In this document: piece by piece, positions 26,349 to 36,800 of the stretch | Numbering within the stretch: the stretch's first letter is position 1 | How the letters are laid out: the number at the start of each line of letters is the position of its first letter | Origin: Yuukianura sp. NJ FZ-2021 | Taxonomy: Eukaryota | NCBI GenBank assembly: GCA_046563655.1 | Contig: CM102283.1 | Coordinates: 6,076,001 to 6,140,000, forward strand | Reading direction: 5' to 3' | DNA: 64,000 nt | Position numbers and translations under genes: made by a program | The notes under the pieces: generated by a model | Database searches by the model: none | Seen by the model: only the letters and a program-made list of their open reading frames with translations | Told to the model about the DNA's origin: nothing

Positions 26349-26995
26349 ATGCAAGCTGTGATTGTCTTGGCCTTGGTGTCTGCGGCTTATGCCTACCCAC
26401 AATATGGTGGCTACGGAGCCCCAGTCCCTCCAGGAGCTTATGGTGGATACGGAGGTGGATACGGAGGTGGTTATGGTGGCTATGCTCCAGGTTACGCCTA
26501 CAATCAAGGACAACTAGATGCTGGAGCATACCAATCTGGAGCCGCTGCTGGAGGAGTCCAAGCCGCTCAAGGATCTGCTGCCCAGCTCCAGGCCTCCAAG
26601 GCTGACTACGGAGCTCAAGGCTCAAGCGGATATGCTGCCGCTGCTGGCCGAAATGCTGGAGCTTCCCAGAGCTACGGTGGAAAGTACGGAAGCAGCCAGA
26701 CATACGGAGAGAACTATGGTAAGAGCGATGCCTATGACAACAGCTACGGAGCTGCCCAGGGTGGAGCTCAGGGATCAGCACATGGCTCAGCCGCTAACTT
26801 GAATGCCGCCAACGCCCAGGGATCCAACTATGGAGCCTACGGAGCCAACCAATACGCTGCAGGGGTAAAACCATAGTCACTTACTAAATAGAAATTCAAA
26901 CATAGCGGGTCATTAATCGATTACTCTTACCATTTTAGCAAGGAGTTCATGCCGCAAACGCCGCTGGAGCTGCTGGACCTGGAGTTGTTGGTTAA
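26349..26995 (+). CDS. Secreted Gly/Tyr/Ala-rich low-complexity protein (cuticle or eggshell structural type)
   Basis: Signal peptide MQAVIVLALVSAAYA followed by (GGY/YGG) repeats. Exons 26349-26864 and 26939-26995 (QGVHAANAAGAAGPGVVG-stop). AATAAA at 27141. Confidence 0.8.
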
Positions 26996-27298
26996 ACATA
27001 CCGAAGAAACTAAGCATCGCTGTTGTCCCCCTATTTCCTTCCACAATCATCGTTCTGTTCTTTCTGACCTCAAAATATTCTTAATTCTTACATTTGGTTT
27101 TCACTTTTCTCGGCCTTCTCTGTAAATTGGAACTGAAATTAATAAATTCAATTTTCTACCCAAACAACATCAGACAAAATTTATTCAGATCGGAAAAGTT
27201 TTAGGAGTTACAAGTTTAGTTGAGTTTTAGATAATCCTCAGCAGCATCAGAAGTATACATTACGGTTTGTCTGATGGAAATAGTTTTGTGTCCAGGAT

Positions 27299-28020
27299 TC
27301 ACTTCCCTTCCAATTGTTTGTACAACTTCGGGACATAGTCATCCCATTCAGCCTGATAGAAATTCCCTGCAATTGCGTTGCCAAGATTATACTTGTCAGC
27401 GAATTTCTGGATCGAAAACTTCCCACGGTGCTCTCCAGATCGATTCGTGAGCCGCTTTTCGTCGAATTCAATCCGTCCCGAAGGCTGCTCGAAGACCAAG
27501 AAAACGTAGCGGTGAAGCCCGGTTCCTTGTGGTGGACCTGATCCGACATACTGGAACATAGAAAACGTTTTAGCAAAGTGAGAGACCGTTTTACCAGGAC
27601 CTGTTTATCGCATACTATGACATTTACCTCAGAGAGCACAGTTCCTTTCTCAACGGCGCATCCTGGGATGTTTCCTACCAACCTTGACAAATTAGCACAG
27701 AAAAGTTTAGTTACCTAATAATAATAGTTTTAAGGATTTCGAATATTTTTCTAAGTTCCGTCTAGTTACTTCATCTTCGACACTCACCAATGGTGCCATT
27801 CACGGAACTTCGGGTCTTTTCGACTCGGAGCATCCGGATCAGTCATGCACAAGACGTAGAACTTGCTGGAATCCGCATGCCATGACACTGTTGGTTGTTT
27901 ATGAACCTGTGTTGGTGTCAAAACGTTTCCATAGTCGGCTTGAACAGCTTCATAATGGACGCTGATTGTGCCAATAGGTGCCGTTTTAATTACTTCTGGA
28001 ACAACCTTATGCTTCTCCAT
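27299..28020 (-). CDS. PEBP1: Phosphatidylethanolamine-binding protein (PEBP/RKIP family)
   Basis: Motifs [49 protein letters not shown] and [19 protein letters not shown]. Three coding exons. The frame stays open upstream to an acceptor at about 28099, so an N-terminal extension is possible. Confidence 0.93.
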
Positions 28021-28728
28021 TATGGCCTTTAGCAAATCTCTCGATGTAAGCCCGTGAACCTTGGTTGAAAAGTGCCTCGCAGTAGGATTAGAAACAATCT
28101 GAAATTCAAGTTAGCAAAAGCAAATAACAAAAGTTAATCGATTCGACACAAACTTGACCAAGTGAAAATGGAGAAATGATATCGTAGCTTCACAGCTGAT
28201 CAAGTAAACATTGATCAGAATAAACAATAACCCACCGAGTTATGATTTATGGTCAATGACCTCTGCTGTATCGCCCAAGAGATATTTCTTGTCAAATTCT
28301 TTTGTACAAGTTGACCTTGACCTCTCCCCAACACCAAGACAGATACTGGAATCCTCAATCTTGCCAAACTCATCCTCTTTCACCTTGTGTTTTTGTTGTT
28401 ATGCTATTTTTTATCTTCCACAAAAAATGTCATCTCTCCACCTAAGTATTTGCCGCTCTCAAAAATTCTCAACATCCTTATTACAAACTTTTACATTTTA
28501 GTATTTAACATTTACATAAATTAAATAATTTTCTTCCAATTAACAACATTGAACAAGTCAAATAAAAGTTAATTTCAAAGTTATCCATTAGGAAATTTAG
28601 TTTTAATACTTTCAAGATTGAAAATGTGTCGTTATTTACGTAAAAGTTGTTATCACAAAATAATTTGGATAAATTTTAAGTTGTACTTTGAAAATATTTG
28701 AAATTTGACGGTAGTCCAGAGGTCAAGC

Positions 28729-29384
28729 TCAACAACGACGACCTTGTGGTGGGCAGCAGCTCATGGGCATACAGCAGCCTGGTGGTGGACAGCATTGATT
28801 TCCGTTTCCACCTTCGTCTTCCTCGCAGCAGATCACTGGAATACAGCACACCTTCGGTTCCTTCTTCCGTGGTGGAGGCGGGATCTCTGCAAAGAAACAA
28901 AACCGAATTAGGTCAAAGGTCAAATCAAATCAAAAAGCCAAGAAATTAGATACTAAAACTCACCACACACGATGTTGACTGGGGGCAACTGGAAGACACA
29001 ACATTGACCTTGCTGTGGAGGCGGCTTCGTCTTGATCACGATTGCTGAAAAAATAAAAAGTCAGAATTAAAATCCACAATTTCCAGTAAAGTGTGAAACT
29101 ACGGTAACCCAAAATGTCCATCGTCAAGTCCACTTACGAGGCTGAAAAAAAAAGACAGACAATCAGTAACATACCAAGTGAAAGGTCAATACAGGTCAGT
29201 GACCCTAGACTTACGCAACACAATGGAGGACAGCAAGGAGGCGGGCAGCATGGGGGTCTATATTGGACAGAATTACAAAATCAGTACACCACATGATTCC
29301 TAGGAGGTAGCAGTAATTGTCAATTGAAACTTACGGGCAGCACCCATTGTTGTTCATGCTCATTCGTCCACCGCCACAAGACAT
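28729..29384 (-). CDS. Cys/Pro-rich small protein, copy A (111 aa), 5 exons including a 4-nt micro-exon
   Basis: Exons 29384-29335, 29257-29215, 29141-29138, 29044-28964 and 28886-28729, all GT-AG, total 336 nt. Protein: MSCGGGRMSMNNNGCCPPPCCPPPCCPPLCCPPIVIKTKPPPQQGQCCVFQLPPVNIVCEIPPPPRKKEPKVCCIPVICCEEDEGGNGNQCCPPPGCCMPMSCCPPQGRRC. Confidence 0.85.
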
Positions 29385-29476
29385 GTTGATTGAGAAGACC
29401 GAAAGGTCAATGAACTTTGGAATTTGTAGGAGAAAAGGAGGGAGAGACGTCTGATCGAGGTGAAGGCTAGAGAGAG

Positions 29477-29582
29477 ACTGAGGCGGGAAAAGTGAAAATC
29501 CGGCCTTTTATAGATTTTGTGAGGTCAATGACCCCGGTGCTTTTCGCGAGGAGTAACTCTTTACTCTTTCTCACGTTGCCCC
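29477..29582 (-). promoter_or_regulatory. Core promoter of Cys/Pro gene A
   Basis: TATAAAAG (29512-29505), Inr TCAGT (29481-29477), IR1 AGGTCAaTGACCC (29522-29534), and an upstream block shared with copy B that contains CGTGAGAA (29575-29568). Confidence 0.7.
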
Positions 29583-30030
29583 AGTTTGAGATCGCGCAAT
29601 TGCAAAACAATAGCTAAATTTCCAAAACGATAGATTTTGATTAAAAATTCAAGTTTTTAAACATTGAACAAGCATTTCCAGCATTATTTTCCATTACTTT
29701 TAATTAATTCGTACAATCATAAACCATTTTTAATTTTTATGGCATTATCAGTTATCATTTTAATAAGTTGCCAGTTTTTGAATACCAAAAACACTCTCAT
29801 TCTAATTCTCGACATTACTGAAACGTTTCAAAAACTATTGCAATTAATTAAAAATACAATCAATCATTTAATAACTTCCAGCAACAGATTAAAAGTTGAA
29901 GAGTTTTATTTCTTTTCGAATTGAATGATATGATTTTTACGTAATAGTAATAGTTATGGTATCACAAAACAATTTGGACATTTTTTAAAGTTGTACTTTA
30001 AATATATTGGGAATTTGGTGACGGTCAAAC

Positions 30031-30724
30031 TCAACAACGACGAGCTGGTGGTGAACAGCAGCTCATGGGCATGCAGCATCCAGCAGGCGGACATGGTGGA
30101 CAGCAGTTGTTTCCACCCTCTTCATCTTCGCAACAGATCACTGGAATACAGCACACCTTCGGTTCCTTCTTGCGTGGTGGTGGTGGGATCTCTGCAAAAA
30201 CATAAAGCAGAATTAGGTGCAAAGTCAAAGGTCAAATTCTGATTCAGGTCATTATACAAAAACTCACCACACACGATGTTGACCGGTGGCAACTGGAAGA
30301 CACAACATTGACCCTGCTGTGGAGGCGGCTTCGTCTTGATCACGATTGCTAAAATTGAAAATCAGTATTAGTTTTACTCAAAAAGTAAATTTTTTAGTTG
30401 TAAAATCGTCGATACACCAAACCAAACGCTGTCAATCAGCGCGTGTAGTTGACTTACGTGGCTGAAAAGTCAAAACAAACACTGATTAGTAAATGAAACC
30501 ATTATTATTGAACAAGAGGTCATCAGAGGTCATTGACCCCAAACTTACGCAACACATTGGAGGGCAGCAAGGCGGTGGGCAGCACGGAGGCCTGCAACAA
30601 AGAACATGACAATCAGACATTGACATTTTCGAAATCAAACTACTGTTGGTCATGTCAACATTGTCGAAACTTACGGGCAGCAGCCATTGTTCATTCCACT
30701 TTGACGTCCACCACCACAAGACAT
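30031..30724 (-). CDS. Cys/Pro-rich small protein, copy B (112 aa), 5 exons including a 4-nt micro-exon
   Basis: Exons 30724-30675, 30591-30549, 30461-30458, 30348-30268 and 30191-30031, total 339 nt. Exon sizes 50/43/4/81 match copy A. The central region is amino-acid identical with synonymous changes. Confidence 0.85.
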
Positions 30725-30813
30725 GTTGAATGAGAAGACCGGAGGGGTCAATGAACTTTACAAAAAAAAATGAGGAGGGAACGACGTGTATTCGGTGTGA
30801 ACGATGGAGAGCG

Positions 30814-30895
30814 ACTAAACCTCGCGCGTAAGAAATCACTTCCTTTTATAGCGGTTCTCAAGGAGTAACTTATTACTCCTTCTCACGTCGCCCCA
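30814..30895 (-). promoter_or_regulatory. Core promoter of Cys/Pro gene B
   Basis: TATAAAAG (30850-30843), Inr-like TTAGT (30818-30814), and the block aggagtaacttattactccttctcacgtcgcccca shared with copy A. Confidence 0.7.
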
Positions 30896-31142
30896 ACACG
30901 GAGTCCGAGAATCTTAAAACAATAAGTTTACGTTTTCGAAAAAAAAGTAGCAAAATTTTCAAAATGATATGTTTCTTGATCTTTGCAAACGTTTGATAAT
31001 TTTTTTGCTAGATGTGCTGGACTATCTTTATCTCGGATTGGGTTGACGTGAAAAACTTTTCCAGCAGAATCGGATAACAAATCGCATGATCCAATCTCTG
31101 AGTTCTAAAATATGGGAGTGGATTTCCTGGAGAAAGTGTTAG

Positions 31143-31858
<716 letters not shown>

Positions 31859-33876
31859 AATTCGGGAAAATGTCAAGCAAAATTGTCAAAAAAAATTCTT
31901 TTCGTTCAAACATAAATTCATTTTTTCGACATCAAGATGTGGTGAAAACAAATTCTGAAAAAAGTGTCAAACCGAATCAAAACAATTCTCTGACCTCGAG
32001 GAATTTTCTTCTGTGAAACTTTCTCAACTTTTAGTGTTTCTGATTTTTGCTTTTCATAATGTTTACAAAAATCTTTCAATCGGCTTTCGGAAGTGAGCAA
32101 CGCATTTTTTTTTAAACAAGAAAATTTTTACATTCCCAAACTACAATTTGTTTTTCGGTTTGTCAGTAGTGTTTAGATGAGTCGCAATCGTTGGTGTCAT
32201 CAACCAATCATCGTTCAGCATAAGATCTCAGCTCTACTAACGAAGATTTTCCAAATTCGAAGCTACGACAATTTTTAATTTAGCTTTAGAAGCAATGTAG
32301 AGTGAGTCAAGCCCAGAATAAAATGGAAACCAAATTCAAAGTAGATTTCTCCCGCCAATGGGGGTTGTTGATTTTGAGTATAACGTGAAATTGTTAGTTA
32401 TTTGTTGTGGGTTAAGTGCGTTTGTGTTTGGCTGTTTGAATTGGAAATTGGCCCGAGTGTCTTGTAATTATGTGCCTCTGGCTCCGTCGTCACCAGGATC
32501 ATTGTGAAGCTGTTGGTTATAAAATCTGAAGAGTGTTTCTGGGCCAATGACTCCGAATGGGGAGAGAGAAAGTCAAAGGGTGAAAGTCCCCAAGTGGGCG
32601 GAATTAACGACTCTAATGCAACCAACACACTCCACTAATGACTCGTTTCCTACGAATCAAAATCCACTCCAATCAACCACTTCAAAAACAAAATTTCAAA
32701 AAAAAAAATCAAAAATATTCAAAAAAGAAAATCAGCCCCATCCCAAATTTTTCCTTTCAACAAAAACTGCGGTTACCAAATCAAAGTCAGTGGCAAATTG
32801 TTTCCAAATGACACTGACATTAAGTGTGTGATGTAAAAAGGTGAAAATTGCAAAATCAATGCTTCCGAATTTGGGACATTTGAAAAATTTTCAAAAATAT
32901 TAAAGTAACAGAAAGGAAATGGCAAAAGGTAAGCGACGAACTTTTTTTTTAAATGAAAAGTGAATTTTTTTTTTGTTGAAAATCTCTTTCTAGAAAGTAT
33001 GTAGAGATGGAGCAGTTGAGTTTAAAAAGTGTACTATGACCTTTGAAACACGCAGTTTGTGTTGCTCCAAATTGACAATTGGAAATGCAATGCTACGTTT
33101 TGAAGGGATGGAGGCTATCCCTTCCATTGGATCCGACAGTGGGTATGATGCTTCGGGATTTTCGAGCCGTTTAAGTATCGTGTTGCTCGAGGGTTTCATT
33201 CCATTTGAGAGCCTAAAATGTACAATGTTGAGCATAATGTATTGTTATATGGGGGTTGAAAGGAAGCAGAGGGACACTGTATCCAGAATATTCGACTTGG
33301 ACCTACAAGATTTCATGGGAGAATACAAGAATACTAGGGAGGGTTGGATTGCAATTGCAGGGACCAACCAACTAAACCGACCACCTTCCACCACCACTTC
33401 AGTAATCAACTGCCTTTGTTAAGGAACGGACGACGCCAAGGGCTAACGGTCCCTGGAAAACCCGGATTTTATCATTTGACCTGGAGGTCAACGTCCAAGG
33501 ATTTCGAATTTCGAAAAGTTCGAATTCCAATTTAAAGTTGAGTTGCAGTGACGCTCTGTTCTACCTTGGATTTGTTTTGCAATCATGAAGTCATCTAATT
33601 GTGGATTTTCGAAGGATTGTGTTGTGGTTTGGTTTGAAGAGTGAAAGTGAAAATTTGGAACTTGAGCAAAAACGACTTTTTTTTTAAACAGGAGTTGGGG
33701 TGAAACTTTTGTTTGTTTGGAAAATCAGATTTTGGGAGAAAGTCGTTTTCTGGAAAATTAGAGTTGGGGTAAAATTTGTTTTTGGAAAATTGAAACAGTG
33801 AAAAGTGTTTCTCCTGGAAAATTTTGGAATAAGCACCAAAAGCTTTTTGGATTTCTAGCATTCATGCGCATGTGAC

Positions 33877-36800
33877 ATGGTCACTCGGAACGGATTCTTG
33901 TCATTGGTCACAATGCCGTGGATCCTGCATTATTCGTGCCTTCTGCTACTAATTTCTTTTACAACTCCAACTCAAGGTATGACAAAAGCAAACAATTTGA
34001 GCATCTTCAAACTGTCTTCAAATCAAACAAATTGTTTCGTTTTGGGTCAAAGATGTCTCCCTTCTGCATTTTCACACCTTTGCGATTTATGGCTACCATA
34101 AACGCTTCTAGTTAGAGCCCCACCGTTGACAACTTTCACAATTGTCAATTGAGTTCTCATCTTTCCAAATCTCCCAATTTCAAAAAAGAAAAAATTAACA
34201 CAAAAGTCAGTCCTCGTCTTTACCTTTTAGACAAAACTTTTAGATTTCAGAAAATTTATCGACAGGTTTACAACTCTGACGCCTTTTCCAAAAACTTCTA
34301 AAATTTATAACCATTGTCTCCGAAAAATTGGAAAAAATTCATTCCAGGTGAAATTTATGGCTGTCTTGAAAGTTATTTTGTTCAGCTTTGACTTTTGGCC
34401 GAAAGATTTTTGTTCTTTGAGCTTTGGCACAAATCTGATCGTATGGAATTTCACCTTCGGCAGGATTTTCATTAACTGAAACCAGAACTATGAATTTAAC
34501 ATGTAAATGATTCAGATTCGTTGACCTTTGACCTTTAGCTCAAATTTGATTTTGTGGAAATTCACCTCTGGTCAGATTTTCATTAGCTGAAATTTAGTTA
34601 TGGACTTAATGTTGTCAATGATTCAGAGTGGTTGAGATTTGACCTTTGACCTTCCCTGGGGAATGTCACGGGAAGAGATTATGAACGCCTTGGTTCCATA
34701 TGTCCAAAGTTCACACGTTTCTGGAAAATGTTAGGCCTGTTCCTGGTAGAGGGTTGAAAAAAGGCATAGGGTTTGCATGTGTCCGGGCGACGGACGGGGT
34801 CGTGGGATCCAAAAAAACGAAGAACACGGAGCAGATGTGTGCAGAGATGGGGTGGTGGGGTTTTGGGGGCGGGGTTGTAGACTTCAGGAGCCACAAGTGT
34901 TTATTCAAGGGCCCCCTACGAATTCTGTAGCCCTTAGAAGTACTTTGTACAGAGCAGAGTACAGAGTCCTGTGTGTATCCCCTCACTTTAACTCTAAGTA
35001 CCCTGTACCCTGCTGCCTAGACACAAAGAATGGCCGTTGGACTTTGGAAAACGTTCGATATTTTCATCTGCATCTGCTCCTCCAAGCTTACATTCCTACA
35101 AACTACACAACAAAAAAGGAGCCAACCACCCCATGGATTAGATGGTTCTGGTCACACGCATAGTAACTTCTGTACAATTGTGGACAGTTCTGTACAGTAT
35201 TCTAACCGGAAAACCGGAATGACCACCTTATCATTCCATACCATAAACTATTCAAAATTCAAACGGTCACTCTTCCCGGAATTCTGAAAAAATGAAATTT
35301 TGAAATGATCTCTGCGGAAATTCAAGTTTTGTTGATGCTTGGATGTTGGATGACGCATGCGCAGAACATGCATCGCTGCTTTTTTGTTGCTGATAATCAA
35401 AATATGAAAGTTAAAAATACGAAATTTGAAACTTGGAGCTTAGGACATGTTAGCGAAGAAACCTCCATTTGTCCTTCATCACTTGACTTTAGAAAAGCGT
35501 CTTACGTCTGGATTCTTTGTGTAAACATTAGGTTGAAGCGATGTCAAAAACATATCATCCGAGGACATGATACTTTTGGTTGCTCACTTTATCTAAAACT
35601 GCTCAAATTAAATAAACTATTAAACTTACAACTTATGGTGTTACATACATGTGAGGGCACAACTCTAATTCTGGAAGGGGGAACATTAATTACTCTGGAG
35701 TTGGCAAAATACCAAACAATTGACTCAAGTCTATTGCGAACGTGGGACAAAACTTTATGACTTAACGTCAATATCCAAATGGCGTGACCCCTATCATTGT
35801 TTTACTTTAAAAAAAAAAGAGTAGGACTTTGTTTTTTAATTTTAAAGTGCGTTTTAATGGATCTTCTGGAAGATGGTGATTTCGGAGACTTCCGCTACTT
35901 GAGAGTATCCATGGGAACGGAAGACACTTCCTGTTTCCTTCAACCCTATCATTCTATGACCTTCCTCATTTCAAACTAGCTTTTCAACTATGCAATCAAA
36001 AAATTTATATAACACATTTTTTCAAAATGTTGATGGAAAATGAAATTTTGATTTCTTTTATTCTAGGTCTCTCGTGCTCTCCAAATCCATGTAAGAATGG
36101 AGCTCATTGTGTTCCAGGAAGTCGCTACGGAGGAGACTCATACTGCGAGTAAGTTAATTTTTTAGCGATTCAATTTTGAACAAGTTAGCGGTGCTTTACT
36201 TTAAACAAACATTAGTTAAAGGCAAGTGCTGATGGAAATGTTCAAATCCACAATGTCACTATTACTACTACGCTTCAGATTTTGAGCAGTTGCCCTTTGA
36301 CATTTTTAGTACTGCCGACGTGTCATTTTCTGCATGTGCAGATTTTTATTGCGAAATGTCAAAGTGACATTCGACATTAAGAATTGTGCCGATGAAAGCA
36401 AAAAATAGAAACTTTAGGAAATCGGGAAGAAATTTTGAACATTGGACTTTCTTCAACAATAAATTCGTCCGAAGCAACAAATTTTCTAAAAAATTCATAA
36501 TTCGAATAGAAAAAAAATGCACTCCCAAATAACTTTTCCTGCTTATGCACACTGACCACATGAAACTTCTTGCTCATGCGTACTGACCGAAGGCCAGTTT
36601 CTGTTTGTGCGCACTGGACGATGACCACGCAATGTTTATATTTTGGATTAAGTTGTGGTTATTGGTGACCTCGGATGGTTGATGATGCACAAGTAGGCAT
36701 CGGAGGTCACATTGGTTTTATCTGTAAGGGCCCATGTGCAAAGTGTCTGTTTCCTGAGGGATATGCACCATTGTTGGTGTTCTGGTGGTGGCAGAGGGTG

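Noticed and set aside
26323-26802. Antisense and alternative-frame ORFs over the Gly-rich gene (similar ones overlie KAP3 and Notch exons)
   Set aside because: Shadows of biased codon usage in real coding exons.
28729-30724. Calling the Cys/Pro pair metallothioneins or Bearded-family proteins
   Set aside because: They are Pro-rich with CC doublets rather than CxC motifs and have a hydrophobic core unlike typical MTs. They lack the basic amphipathic helix and NxxN motif of Bearded proteins. The GY-box-like GTCTTCC lies in coding sequence.
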